In this document: one piece after another, positions 36,236-48,537 of the stretch
Layout of the letters: each line of letters begins with the position of its first letter
Position numbering within the stretch: position 1 is the first letter of the stretch
Source: Curvularia clavata
Lineage: Eukaryota
NCBI GenBank assembly: GCA_023920165.1
Contig: CP089275.1
Location: 310,001-374,000, forward strand
DNA: 64,000 bases
Direction: 5' to 3'
Position numbers and translations under genes: made by a program
Notes under the pieces: generated by a model
Seen by the model: the letters and a program-made list of their open reading frames with translations, nothing else
What the model was told of the DNA's origin: nothing
Databases searched by the model: none

Positions 36236-39200
36236 CTAGATGTCCCTGGCATTCTCCTCCCTCTTAGGCTGTGTGCCCATAGCTGTATGCCCCGGTCCGT
36301 TCAAGTTCGATGCAAACGGGATTTTGCCATTTGCTGAGAACACTGGTAGATCACCTCGCTTGCTTGGAGGTGACATGGGCTGCATCATCGACATGTCTGT
36401 GGTCTCTGCATGTGTGTTGGCCACCCACTGCAGCGTCGCTGACGCTTGCGGGTCATTTGCGCTCGATGGAGCTGCAAAAGTCGGCGCGGTACCAAAGCTT
36501 TCGGCTGTATAGTTTACAAATTGAGGCATGGTTGCGGGCGGTGGGGGTGGAGGTGTGTCGGCGCGAGGTGGAGAGACATTTGTCAACGGCTCTGTCACAG
36601 TGACAAAGGAGGGCATGGGCAGATGCTCACGCATCTGCTCTGGGGTTATGGCCATGTCGTGCAGCTCCGTGGGTGGCTGCACAATCCCACCAGAAAGGCG
36701 TCCATCAACTCCCAAGGTCTCACCAGCAGCTTGATTCTCACCAGCAGACTGCGGCGCGGTACCTTGCACAAGTTCGGATACAGAGTGAGATGAAACAGGC
36801 CGGGGCTGCTGAAGAGGCGCTGTAGCAGCAGACTGCATAACCGGAACGTCAGGTGCTGATGTAGGCGCGGTTGGTTCTTCGGGCAATTCGGGCTTCGAAG
36901 ATTTTGCTGTACGTCCAGTGCCCTTTTTGGCGGCTGTGGTCGCCTTCGCTGCAGGCTTGGTTGCAGGTGCGCGTGTAGCTGGCGGTTTTCGAGATCCAGT
37001 TTTCTTCGGTGCCTCCGCAGCTTTGAGCTTCTCTTCCCTCTCTCTTTCACGGGCATCATGCTCCTCCTTGGATGGCAGTTTCAGTGTAATGCGTTTTAGA
37101 CCAGTCGTAAGTGCATCAACATCGTCATTTTCGTTTCCTTTGGCCGGGCCAGCCTTGCTGGAATAGTTTGACTGGGCCCGTGGCGCAGCAGGACGCTGAG
37201 GAGCGCGAGCTGCAGCTGCAGCCGTCTGGCCTCTTGCTTTCTTTAAACCAGCTCCATTAGTAGGTGCCGCTGATGGTGCTCCGCCTCTTCTGCTTGTTGG
37301 TACGCTTGGCTCTCGACTTGCGCTTCTACGGTCCCCTATCGAGGATACGCTGGAAGCTATGCTCATACGACGTGAGGCGGATGGGACTGGCAGAGTTTCT
37401 GAGCTGGCTGGAGCGAAATCGGCAATGGTTTGTCTCCTATTCGCTTTAGACTCCTTGCGAAGAGACTTGTCTTCGTCAGAGCCGGGATCAACATAAGATG
37501 GTGCGGCTTTACGGCCACGCAGCTGTCTGCCTGACTTGTCTATATGTACCGAAGTAAGTGCTGGCGGGGCCGGCTTCTCCTTCTTCACCTTCACCTCCAT
37601 CAAGTCCTCCGGTCGGTGGCTGCGCGTCTGTCGATCTGAAGGAATCAGGAGGCTGCTTAGAGCATGCGCGGCAGTAGCCCAGTCGACCTCTGGTGGAGGG
37701 GGTGTAGGTGCCCTCGAAGGGCTAGTGGCATACTTGGCAGAGAGATTGCGATTGAGTTTGGAGGGATCAACGACTTTGGCAACAAAAGACTGTGTAGGAG
37801 AAGAGAAATGCGCGTTAGGTCCAGGAGGTGGTTTCTTCGGAGCAGTCAAGGGCGGAGGATGGACAAGATTTTCGAGTTCTGTAAGCTGGGTCGAGTGCCA
37901 CCAAAAGGGATCGTAGACGAGAGGTGTAGATTCAGGCTCGACTGATTGCATCAGAACGTCTTGATCATCAACACTCAAGGCACTGAGTCGCTGGCGCATA
38001 GAGGATGCAAGGCCTGTTGAGAGCTTTGCGTCTGTCAACACTTGGCCATCTACAAGGCCACTGAGGTGGCTCATGACTCCGCTAGTGAGTGCTCGGTCGC
38101 TATAACCACCTTCGAGAACGGAGATGACACGGCCTTGGACAGAAGTGCCCTCTTCCTCAGCCAAGCGAACAACATCGCGGGTGAATCGGGCGTAAAATTC
38201 GGTGGGCACATTGACAGAATGGCGCTGCATGCCGGCGGTCTCCCACTCGCTTGCATCAAAGCCGGCAGACAAGAAGATGGCGGCCTTGGGTGCTGGGTGG
38301 TTTGGCGAGGTACGTAGACGGTTAGTATGGTGCTTTAGATACTGCCGTGTCTTCTCGAGCAGGACCATATATTTCTGTTCGTAGATGGACCAGAACTCCT
38401 CAACTGTTTTCCAGGGCTGCAAATGGACGTTCCAGATAGACTGGCCATGTGCATTGTCAATGCACAAGCTGGCTGCCTGAACCTTGTCATCATCACCATC
38501 TTCGCAGGGATACGAGTTGATATCGTGCAAACTGAAGTAACCAATGGATGTCTTCTTCCAGTTCGGCGTGTTCTTGGACATGTTCTGCACTCTTTTGTTC
38601 CGCGCCCAAGCAATCGCCTGGGATCCGTCTCCGTGGTGCAGGTCAAAGTCGATAATAGCAGCATGAGTCAGGTTGTACGTCATAATAGCATGCTCAATGC
38701 CAACATGTACATTGTTGATCCAGCAGAAGCCAGAGGGAAAGTCGTCAGAACAATGGTGGCCAGGTGGGCGAATGCAAACGAAGGCCCTCGAAGGCCCCTC
38801 ACCCGTACTCGTTCCCTGGAAGACGGCGTCTACAGCGTCTAAGACGCCTCCAAGAGCACCCTGAAAAGCATTGAGCGATTCGGAACAGAGATAAAGGTCT
38901 CCCGCGTGCAATTCCTTCTTGGATGTTTGGCCTGGAGCAGGAGGCGAATCCCTAGCCAGCTCCTTGCCTGACGTGGCCAGCTTTCTCTCAGCATTGTCGC
39001 ACATGGATTTGAGCTCGTCCATCCATTTTATTCCGTGTACGTTGGTGACGACTGGCGATGTGATGTCGACTGCGCGTGACGTCTTGCGAATCTTGAAGGG
39101 GACTCGATCTGGGGGGTTGTGATCTGGATGCGGCGGGTAGCTGCCCTCAGAATGTCGCTCTCCCAGCCGTACATAGGCAGTGGATATACCCAAGACACTG

Positions 39201-39835
39201 GCCAGAATCCTCTCTGGCCGTTCCATGATCAGGCTGAGAGTGCTCTTGGCCGTCTTGGGTCTGGAGAAGCGGTGGCCGTAGCACTGGTCGTGCACAATAA
39301 CGATAGTGCCTGCGTTGACGGCGCCGGTAATACCCTCGTGGCGGGCGAGTTCTTTCTTGAAGTAGTCGTGGGCTACATCGCAAGCGCGCTGCGGGGGCTT
39401 TTCTTCGTGACTCGAGGTAGCCAGCGGGCTCTTTGGCATTGGTGACTGCATCATGGGGTTAAAAGAGGCGCGGCGGGAGGCCGAGGTTCCCGGTCGAGGG
39501 GCGTCGCCGCGCAGGGAAGAAGTAGACGACTTTCTGGCGAGGCCTGGGGTGGAAGAGCGAAAGCTGGCTACGCTAGGGCTGCGCTGGAGCGAAGCGGCCG
39601 CTTTGAAATTGGGCGTCGATGGTGCTCGTCGGGGAGGGGTCGGGTTCAGGGCGGCGGGAGACTGCGGCTGAGACGTGGTGGTAGTGCCGGTGCTGGTGCT
39701 GGTGCCGGCGACCGTTTGCAGAGAGCGGCGTTTGAGGGGGTGTGAAAGGAGGTTCGCGTCATTGTTAGTGGTGTGTCTTTGTAGGCGCGGAGAGTTTAGG
39801 CCTGTGGCGGGGCTCGACTGTCGCTGGGTCTGCAT
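36236..39835 (-). CDS. HOS3: Fungal histone deacetylase Hos3/HosB
   Basis: HRFSRP, ERPERI, GDLYLC, RPPGHH, GFCWINNVHVG, DFDLHHGDGSQ, SAGFDASEWE and LEGGY motifs. First ATG at 39835 (the track's 39943 start is TTG). Confidence 0.92.
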   Translation of the reverse strand: MQTQRQSSPATGLNSPRLQRHTTNNDANLLSHPLKRRSLQTVAGTSTSTGTTTTSQPQSPAALNPTPPRRAPSTPNFKAAASLQRSPSVASFRSSTPGLARKSSTSSLRGDAPRPGTSASRRASFNPMMQSPMPKSPLATSSHEEKPPQRACDVAHDYFKKELARHEGITGAVNAGTIVIVHDQCYGHRFSRPKTAKSTLSLIMERPERILASVLGISTAYVRLGERHSEGSYPPHPDHNPPDRVPFKIRKTSRAVDITSPVVTNVHGIKWMDELKSMCDNAERKLATSGKELARDSPPAPGQTSKKELHAGDLYLCSESLNAFQGALGGVLDAVDAVFQGTSTGEGPSRAFVCIRPPGHHCSDDFPSGFCWINNVHVGIEHAIMTYNLTHAAIIDFDLHHGDGSQAIAWARNKRVQNMSKNTPNWKKTSIGYFSLHDINSYPCEDGDDDKVQAASLCIDNAHGQSIWNVHLQPWKTVEEFWSIYEQKYMVLLEKTRQYLKHHTNRLRTSPNHPAPKAAIFLSAGFDASEWETAGMQRHSVNVPTEFYARFTRDVVRLAEEEGTSVQGRVISVLEGGYSDRALTSGVMSHLSGLVDGQVLTDAKLSTGLASSMRQRLSALSVDDQDVLMQSVEPESTPLVYDPFWWHSTQLTELENLVHPPPLTAPKKPPPGPNAHFSSPTQSFVAKVVDPSKLNRNLSAKYATSPSRAPTPPPPEVDWATAAHALSSLLIPSDRQTRSHRPEDLMEVKVKKEKPAPPALTSVHIDKSGRQLRGRKAAPSYVDPGSDEDKSLRKESKANRRQTIADFAPASSETLPVPSASRRMSIASSVSSIGDRRSASREPSVPTSRRGGAPSAAPTNGAGLKKARGQTAAAAARAPQRPAAPRAQSNYSSKAGPAKGNENDDVDALTTGLKRITLKLPSKEEHDAREREREEKLKAAEAPKKTGSRKPPATRAPATKPAAKATTAAKKGTGRTAKSSKPELPEEPTAPTSAPDVPVMQSAATAPLQQPRPVSSHSVSELVQGTAPQSAGENQAAGETLGVDGRLSGGIVQPPTELHDMAITPEQMREHLPMPSFVTVTEPLTNVSPPRADTPPPPPPATMPQFVNYTAESFGTAPTFAAPSSANDPQASATLQWVANTHAETTDMSMMQPMSPPSKRGDLPVFSANGKIPFASNLNGPGHTAMGTQPKREENARDI

Positions 39836-40587
39836 AGTAGGCGGCCTTGCAGGACCGGAATTGGCCCCCTGGCGTGTGCAGCCTGTCTCTCTTGTGTCTT
39901 GGATGTCGTGGTGGTGTGGATGTGGATGGGACGAAAGAAGCAACCCACGCTATGACGGCAGAACAGCGTCGCGTCGCCCTCCCCTGCAGCCCAAACTGGG
40001 GCCCGCCTAAGCGAAAGAACGAGAGACTCGGGCCGTCTTAGCCCAGGAACGCTCGTATTCAAGGGCGTAGTAATAGCAACCTGTGCTTCTGCCATTGACT
40101 CCGTCCTGTGCCTTCTGTCATATCTGCGCCACAAGAGACACGTTATCGGACCCATGTCGGTATGTTTCTCTCAATAACCAAAAAGGCATACCTGTGGCTT
40201 CGTGCTGGTTTCGCCTGTGGATGGTACATTGCCTATCACAAGCCAGACTCGACCAAGCCCTCCAAGCCGCCCCAGTGGCCAGAGTCAGAACTACATCCAG
40301 AATACACGTGTTGGCCCATTCAAGTAGCCAGCGTGCATGACACTTATGCGCTTGGCCATCATGCGCTATTCCGTTGCAACTGCATGCATTGCCATATCTG
40401 CACTGAGATATCCTATGCGAAAAAGATACTTGACACCCTCCATGAGATACCAATGCAAATACTAAAATTCCAGTAATCCATGCTCTCACCAAGAAGCACC
40501 TCGTTGGGCTCCCAGCAGAGACTCATATTCCATGTGCATAAATCAAGCTGTAGTAGACCCCCCATCCACACGCAATACCTATTCCAA

Positions 40588-41247
40588 CTACTCATTCTCG
40601 GCTTCTAAAACCTTTGTCAGCGGGCTTGTGGAACCAGGCCACTTATTGCCCTCGTTGAACCGTTGGTGGCGTGGTGGATGCATGAAGCTGATCTGAGTCG
40701 GTGGCGCAGAAAACGGAACCCGAGCGGTGGCTGTCATCTGCCCAAATTCCTGGAGCCTCTTCTCAAGATACTGGATGCGATCTTCCTGCTCTTGCATGCT
40801 GCGCACTTGCTCCTGATACATTGTTGACATGTACTCATGCTCGCTGTACATCCGATCAAACCGGGCATTAGCGTCATGGACTTGCTTCAGCAGCCTCGCG
40901 TGTTCGCGATTATGCTCGCTCTTGAGGGCTACCGTATGGCGACGGTGGACTTCGGCAAGATCATGGAGCTGCTTCTCTTGCACACTACTCACATCTTTGG
41001 TGAGGAAATCAGCGAGCGCTTGGTTGGTCGACACTTGGACCAGAAGCACCACCACGACCGCTGCGAAGACCGCAACCACGAGCGTCACCTCGCGACCACT
41101 GAGGAGTTCAGTCTAAGAATGTCAGTACGCAATCATGGACTTCAAAACTAGTACGTGAGAACATACCTTGGTCCACACAGACACAAGTAGTCCGAAAATG
41201 CTTGAGCAGAGGAAGAAGGCGAAGAACTCGAAGCCGGTGAGCTCCAT
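40588..41247 (-). CDS. Hypothetical protein with two N-terminal TM segments and a coiled coil; exons 41247-41167, 41112-40588
   Basis: GTATGT...CTGAC...TAG intron joins MELTGFEFF...WTK to TELLSGREVTLVVAVF in frame. Confidence 0.65.
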
Positions 41248-42652
41248 GGCTGCGATGTCGTGAGTTGAACAAGTGAGGGGCCGGATTGACAAACCATCAA
41301 TTCTCAGTCGAGCAAGAACAAGAGCCTTGCTTGGCGCCAGCTGAAGTCGGTCTGGGACCGGAGCAAGGCGCCAAAAAGCACATATGTAGTCTGGATGTCG
41401 ATAGTAAAGGAGCTTATTCAAGTAAACCATGTCTGTGCGTGCCCATACAAAGAGGTAAGACATCGGCACTAGCGAGGTGATAGACATTACTGAAAACTGT
41501 AAACCATTCCGTACTTGCATGAAACTAGAAATCAACCGGATTCTTGATGTGGACTTAGTCTTGGTAGTTGAGCAAATGCGCCTGCTAAACCCTGATGCAT
41601 CACCCGCACCAAGCTTCTTCATCACAGCCGCATGGTAACTATCTTCACTTCCCTGTAGATTTCTACACAACTCTCACTCACAAATAATATTGTAAGAGTC
41701 CCTGATATCGTCGTCTCGCTTGTGTATCGCCACAGAAAGATACCTCACTCCAACCATGGTAGACAAAGCACCGCCCACTCGCACCTCTACTTATAGACAT
41801 GAACTCGCACACTCACACTCTACATCAATCACTTCCCCTTCCAAAGTCCCAGCAATAGATAGAAACGCCGCACTAACATGGGATATATCACCTTCGACTT
41901 CTGGATTGTCAACAGCGTGATACCTGTCGATGGCGCCATCGTCCTTTTCTCTATCCTTTGTATTTCTGTCTTGAGATTTTTGTTCCTTTCCGAACCGTAT
42001 AGACAACAGTGTCACTCTTGGCTTTCGATGCTCTTACTTGCTAATCATACCACCAGTCACGGGCCCCTCACCACTTACCTACCAGGACATCGAGGTGTAA
42101 GCAGCTGCAGACCACCATGCCTTGTAGAGGATTCTACGGTGAAGAATCGAGCAGGCGGTGTGAATGCCCGAACCGCTAATTCAAGGGAATAAGAGATTTG
42201 AACACGGCTGGACAAATTTGTTGAAACTGAAAAGAAGCTAACTATTGCTTCCGCGGTATTGAATGTATTCAGGAGTATAAGTGCAGAGTGTATTTGGGGT
42301 AGTACAATAATCACGCATCGAAAGAGACGAGCCAATGCTATTGTGATGCAAGCAGTGTTGTATTGGGGCTAGCCCGTGAGCATGTTACCGTAGAGGTGCC
42401 TCATCTGGGCTGTTACTGTAAAGTACATTATATAGCCATGAATGGTACAAATCGGCTACCTCGGCTACATGAAGCTGATTGTTGTTGAAGACCAAAAACT
42501 GCCTGTACCCCGAACAATGCTCAAACATTCGTCAGCCAAACGCCACATGATTTTCAATTTGCTCAATCTACAACACCAACAAGACGCCATATCCATGCAT
42601 TAATACAGTCAAGGAGAATAATGCCACGTTTGTGCAAGAGCCACGAGTCATT

Positions 42653-43855
42653 CTAGGAAAGGTCCATAGGCTCCGCAGCACCGTCACCATTGGATGCAAC
42701 AGAATGTTGCTTCTTGATCGCCTTGGGTGGTGCCTGTGGGAAACTGCCATATGGAGGTGGTGCAGGAACGTTGATACCAGTGTTGGCAGGTTCTTTGTTG
42801 ATTGCAGGGAATTGAGGAGCGCCGCTCAGGTAGCCTATATAGGGCGAAGGGTGGATAGGAGGAGTGGAAGGAGTGGACGAAAGGCGACCTGGCTTTCGAC
42901 CGCCAATGCGCTGCGCTCGAGGTGCTGGAAAACAGGCGTTCTTCACGCGTGTCTGAAATTCCTGAGCAAAGTTGTCGTACGGCTTCTTTTCCTCGGTCGT
43001 CCTCCAACCCATCTTGTTCTTCATACACTCAGCCTTGCGATGACTAATGGTAGAGCCCTCAATACGGATGCCATTGGCCTCGAAACGCCGACAGCAATCA
43101 GATCTAGAGAGAATGAGAAGTACGACCAAGAGACTGACATTGTCGTTGTCAAGGAGATGGGGACAAAAATCGCATACGTTACACGCGAATCGTCGCATCT
43201 CTTCAAGCTCCGCGGTGTCTGTGCAGTTAATGAAGCGCTCAGCCATGGAGTATGGCCGGATCATGTCCCTGCAAATGTGCGTCTGGAGAACATTGGCGAC
43301 CGATGATACTGAAACAGGGTAGATGGCTTTACGATCTATCTTGCTGGTAGCTGTTGATGAGACCGTGCCAGCAATATAAACAATCTCGATATCATCAAAC
43401 GGACCCCGCTCAAGCTTAAGGTCTTTTAGAGACTTTCCTGCTTTCTGGGCTTCCTTGATGATCTCGGCCTTTTTGAGACTGCTTTCGCGGGCAGCTTTGA
43501 CAGCCTCACGTGGAGTGGTGAAGCCGTATTTCTTAGCAAGTGCTACCGAGTCTTCATGCATCTCAAACTTGGACAGTTTACGCTCGACATCTGGAGCGCG
43601 TATCCAGTCTTCCGACCAGGGTTCTTCGGCAAGCACTTTGTAGAAGACTTTGGTCAGTGCGCGGAGTTTGATGTCGTTGTCTGACATTACGCGTTGGCCA
43701 AAGTAGAGCTCATCAGTCTCAGAGTAGGCAGTCTCAATGAAATGCTTTCGCTCCTTTTGGGTGAGAGAGCCACGCGAGGGGTCATTTTTCCATTCCCCAA
43801 TGATCTTGAGAAACTTGGCGTGGAATATGTCATCAAAGTTTCTTGGAGCTGGCAT
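42653..43855 (-). CDS. Hypothetical 400-aa protein
   Basis: Long ATG-initiated ORF with protein-like composition; no family recognised. Confidence 0.6.
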   Translation of the reverse strand: MPAPRNFDDIFHAKFLKIIGEWKNDPSRGSLTQKERKHFIETAYSETDELYFGQRVMSDNDIKLRALTKVFYKVLAEEPWSEDWIRAPDVERKLSKFEMHEDSVALAKKYGFTTPREAVKAARESSLKKAEIIKEAQKAGKSLKDLKLERGPFDDIEIVYIAGTVSSTATSKIDRKAIYPVSVSSVANVLQTHICRDMIRPYSMAERFINCTDTAELEEMRRFACNVCDFCPHLLDNDNVSLLVVLLILSRSDCCRRFEANGIRIEGSTISHRKAECMKNKMGWRTTEEKKPYDNFAQEFQTRVKNACFPAPRAQRIGGRKPGRLSSTPSTPPIHPSPYIGYLSGAPQFPAINKEPANTGINVPAPPPYGSFPQAPPKAIKKQHSVASNGDGAAEPMDLS

Positions 43856-45786
43856 AGATGTAGCTGTATATTACATCAGATCAAGATGAAGTTCATTCGA
43901 CTCTCGCTACCAACTTACAGTTTGGAGTAGGGTGTTGCGGCGGTGAAGCGGGTGAGGGAGCTGCCTGCTGAGTAATTGGGGCAGGTGACATGATGATCCA
44001 AGCGCGGCGGGTGACCTGATATACCGAATGAGGCAACCAAAGAACTGGCTATATATTAATACACAATCACGAAGTTAGTCGGAGTGAGAAAATCGGCGTT
44101 CGGTATGGGGTGGGACTGAGTGTTGTGGGCGTGGTTGAGAGTGGTCAAGCAAGAGTGTAGGTGAAAACATTCACGTTCGCGTAGCTAGCGTGGCTAGGGG
44201 ACTCCTTGGCGGAGCATTGAGCGGCACGTGATGTCGTGGAACCCAGCTAAAATGAGATGCAAACCACCTTGAACAAACACGGTTCTGTGGTGCAAAGGCC
44301 ACGACGATCGACACGCGCATATCCATTAACCATCAAGACGCAAGGTCCTGTATCTCAACTGAACCCATTGCTCACATTGACATGCTTGCGCGAGTTTGTT
44401 CCCACACCGACATTCACTATGGCATGCCACCACGCAGGAAGCGCATCAACGCAACGGCCCATGCACATGTCGCTTTGCCATATTTATGAGACTGACGGCT
44501 CTCTGTATAAGGTAACTGTCATTGAAATTACTTCTGATAGTTATCCTATTCATCTGAACTACAAAAAAGATGTGCCAATCCTTGCTGGAGCCTAGATCGA
44601 ACAGCGCATGAAGCTCGTTGGTCGTCTTTGTAACGTTTCACATAAGTATCACGGTTTCGCTTCACGACAGATTCTCTCCTGATATAATTATTCTCAAGAC
44701 TGATGTATCTGGGCGAGACAGACGACAATTGGTAATAGTAGGTCATTACGTCAGTAAATCCGTCACAGTCGATGTCACCCATAAAAACTAGTCTGATCTT
44801 TCGTAACTGAGAATCATGGAAAAATGTATTCAAGGTCACTATTTCATGACATTCTCTGTTACTCAACAACCTATATGTGCATAGCGTGATGAAGTTCGTT
44901 GGTTGACTTGAATAGTCTCAGTACAGCGGTTCAATATCATCATTGAGCCGTAAGCATTTCTCCTGTCCTTCAATTTTCTGAATCCACCTAAGAAAGACAT
45001 TCCAGAGAAAGGGGGAAAATGGAAATTCCGCTTATGCTATGTTGCAGCTTGATAGCATTAATTTTGGAGGTAAATTCGTAGAGTGTCTGAGAGCAGTACT
45101 AATTGGACATTGCGCTGCAACGACGGAAATCAAAGCAGAAAAACTTCTTTCTCTGCACAAGCCTATCAGATCTTACACTTTGAATAAGTAATTTACCCGG
45201 AAACATGACCACCTCGAAATAACAAAACCAGCCTATTTGCAGTGTGAACAGGAAAGGTCACGTGGTATTGGCTCGTTCATTTGAAGAGCGACTAATTCAG
45301 TCAAAACCTCCAACATCACAACTTGGTGTAAAATTCATACTAAGAAGTTTTTGAGCCAGTCTTCATGACTGAATCTCGAGTCAACATCGCCAACGACATC
45401 TCCAGACAACTCTCATCAAAGTACAACCCCTCTCCGGTACGACAACGCCAACAAAATCCCTTCTCAATCCAAAACTCCAGAGCGCCCTGCGTCCACCCGC
45501 CGGCTACAGCCTCACAATACTTTGCACAACCGGTTCCGCCCACCTTTCCAGAAAAAGACCATATCCCCCGCCACTCATGAAGCAAGTAATCGGTATTTGC
45601 AGACCCCAGTCCCTTGGTCACACCCATATCCAAACAACCCCCTCCAATGACATTGCACCAAAAAGACTTCCCTCAACCAAGTCTCATTTTCTGCCACCGA
45701 AACCTTCTCTTGCTACCTTTTAATCCCTCCATCTGGCCTCAACCGCGATCACCAAGACCAACCCCCCCACGCACGCACACACCAAC

Positions 45787-46506
45787 ATGGAACTTTCAAG
45801 AGGCAGTATAACCGGTATAACCATCGCCATTGTCGTCTTGCTGATCGCCAGCTTCGGCGCCTACATTTACCTTCGGCGTCGTCGCCGTCGCCAACGGCGA
45901 GCTGCCAACGCTACTGCTACGACCAACACCTCTGCCACAACCAGCAGCACGACACCTTCTTCGCACAAGCACAACGCCTCGGAATCTCATGTGATGCAAC
46001 CACAGAACAAACTGCCAACGGAATTGAAGAAGGATCTCGCACAGGACACACACACCCCAGATCTAGAATCAGGAAATGGATTTGGAACGACGCCGACGGG
46101 GACGATGAACAGGAAGCGCCACACCGTGCCAAGCAGTTCGCACAGATTGATGGCTAACACTGCTTTTCCTGCACTCGACATTCCTATAAGCACAGAAGCT
46201 ACGTCTTCCGACGTTGCTGCAAATGGCGAAACATATGCTGCGGACAAAGTAACAAGTACAAGGTCTCCAGCTCCTGCGCGTCTGACAACCGACTTTGACG
46301 TGGGCTCTGAGCAACAGCCACAGCTTGCCTTTTCAGACAGGCCGAGTAGTCTACATCAGGCTGTGTTGGAGGTTGGGGGGAAAGACGAAGAGACGGAAGA
46401 CATAAACCGTATTAACAAAGACGAAGGAGAGACTAAGAGGGAGGATTCAAATAATGTCATGGATATTAGCCAAAGGCCTACTGGGTATACTGGAGCGTGG
46501 CCTTGA
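45787..46506 (+). CDS. Hypothetical single-pass membrane protein
   Basis: N-terminal TM (ITGITIAIVVLLIASFGAYIYL) followed by poly-Arg stop-transfer and a disordered tail. Confidence 0.7.
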   Translation: MELSRGSITGITIAIVVLLIASFGAYIYLRRRRRRQRRAANATATTNTSATTSSTTPSSHKHNASESHVMQPQNKLPTELKKDLAQDTHTPDLESGNGFGTTPTGTMNRKRHTVPSSSHRLMANTAFPALDIPISTEATSSDVAANGETYAADKVTSTRSPAPARLTTDFDVGSEQQPQLAFSDRPSSLHQAVLEVGGKDEETEDINRINKDEGETKREDSNNVMDISQRPTGYTGAWP

Positions 46507-47042
46507 CGTTGATTAAGTATTCCTATGTTGCATATTGCATATACCATCACTGGTCGAGAGAAAATTTTGGCATTTTCCAAGTCCTGCTGTTATGAACCAT
46601 ATCGGTGGCAAACAGAGCCTATGTCACTGAGGTTTGGAATCAAGTATAGCAGACGGGAGCAACGGAGTTTTCGTTCCTACAGGCGTCGGGCGTCTCAAAG
46701 CTGCTCCAAGTTGATAGAGCAATAATCCAATGGAATTGCACTTACCTGGTTGATTTCTACGTACCTTATCGCAGCATCACACCAGCATCACGTCAAGCAC
46801 GAAGGCAGGGAGGGGAAATGGCAATCAAGCATCGTCTTCGTGTTTTTCAACATTCAGACTCAGCGACACCTAGTGGGGAGATAACCTTTTTGTTTCATTG
46901 ACTCCTGATCATGCCACCGTATATAGCCGTAAAACCATGCCATAGTTGTGGCAGAAGAAACCCTTTCCCAGACACCATACTTTCAGTAAATCGAAAAGGG
47001 AGGAAGAAGGGGGACCGTCGGATCGTGCATTCGTGTTCGTAT

Positions 47043-47724
47043 TTACGAGCGGCCGGGGCGGTCGTTGAAGCGGCGGGGGCGCTCGACAACCTGCTGCTGG
47101 GAAACAGCGACAACGTTGGTGGGGATGCTGTCGAACTGGGGTAGGAGTTAGCACACCGTTGGTAATTGAGAAGAGCATGAGAAGCACATACACCCATGCT
47201 CTTGAGCAGGTCCTTGGTCTCCTGGTCGACGTCGAGGGAGCCAGACTCGCTGTTCTGGGTGAAGTCGAGAGCGGAGATCTCGGGGACGTATTGGTCCTTG
47301 CGCTCACGCTCCTCTTCCTGGAGCTTGAAGGAGATACCACGGACGGGACCACGCTGGATACGCTTCATCCTGCAAATTGTTAGCCGTGTGGCTGGGCTGG
47401 ATATGGAGAGACTGCAAAGGGTTTCGAGCAAGAGGTATGATGTCCCCGAGGTACTGCGAGGTCTGCGCGAATTGTTGTTCCGCATCCCACTCCAGTGCTC
47501 GGTATTTCCACTCCCAATTGCTTGTCGAGCCCTTGGCAGTATGTGTACACGTACAAGTGAGTGGTGTATCCGGCGATCTTGTTCCTGAGCCTCTTGGACG
47601 CAATGATGGCAATCTCATCGCAAATCCTCTTGTTGGTCTCGAAGTCCAGAGACAGCTTGGGGTAGTAACGCTCAATGATGACCTTGGCGGACTTCTTGAC
47701 GGTCTTGGTTCGGACGCGACCCAT
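47043..47724 (-). CDS. RPS17: 40S ribosomal protein S17 (eS17); exons 47724-47555, 47369-47192, 47135-47043
   Basis: [11 protein letters not shown]...[44 protein letters not shown]. Confidence 0.98.
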
Positions 47725-48537
47725 TTTGGCGACTTGTACTGTGAGCTGGGAAAAGAGGCTGTCGTGGGAAGGGGCGGTGGCTGTCGGGTTAGTGAATTGT
47801 CGCTGGAGGAGAATCGTGAAGATGGGTCGATATTTCGCGTAATGTGTGTGATGGCCTGTGCGTTGGGCTAGGCCGAATTGAGTATAGTGCGTGACCTTGC
47901 CTCACCAAACGCGCGACTGGGACGAGGATCATCAGATGAATCCTCATTGGCGTCTGAATTCAAGATACTGCGCTTTGCAACAGTTTTACATATTGTGGGT
48001 TGCTTATCTTACCCTCATTTAACAAAAGTAAATTGTCCAATGCGAAGTGCAGTTTCCCTGGACACCGAAAATACGTAGATACTGAACAAGGACTGAGGCT
48101 TTGCTCAATTGGAATATTGGCGAGATGCAAGCTAGTATCAAGTACATTTGCAAATGTAGTAAGCCATTGGAGTGTTTGGATAAGAATCAAATTTAAAATC
48201 TGCTCGCTAAATACGCTACGAAAGAAGAATGTCCTGTACATATGAAGAAGACAACACTCGAAGGGAATGCAGACAAGGCGCTCGCTTATCAAGAAATTAT
48301 AACCAGACCTCTATAATCAAACTCCTCAACCCGAACGTTGTGGGTTTTTTACCGGTTTTGATGAGGATCAACTACACGGCTCTGGTTAGGCCTCACTTCA
48401 AGTGGACCAAAACAGCCGTGGTTTAGCCAGAGACCAGATTGCCATGAATACCGAAAGAAGTTACTTGTACACAACAGTAAATTGCTGTCGTGTGTTACTT
48501 CATGGCTAGTTGCTCTTGCCACAGCCTAGATTGAGCT

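Noticed and set aside
43085..43140. Possible intron (GTCAGT donor, pyrimidine tract) within the 400-aa ORF
   Set aside because: No suitable AG acceptor preserves the frame, and the ORF is open without it; left unresolved.
44300..45300. Possible decayed gene on the minus strand (FLRWIQKI...LRKIRLVF)
   Set aside because: Too fragmentary to assign without a search.
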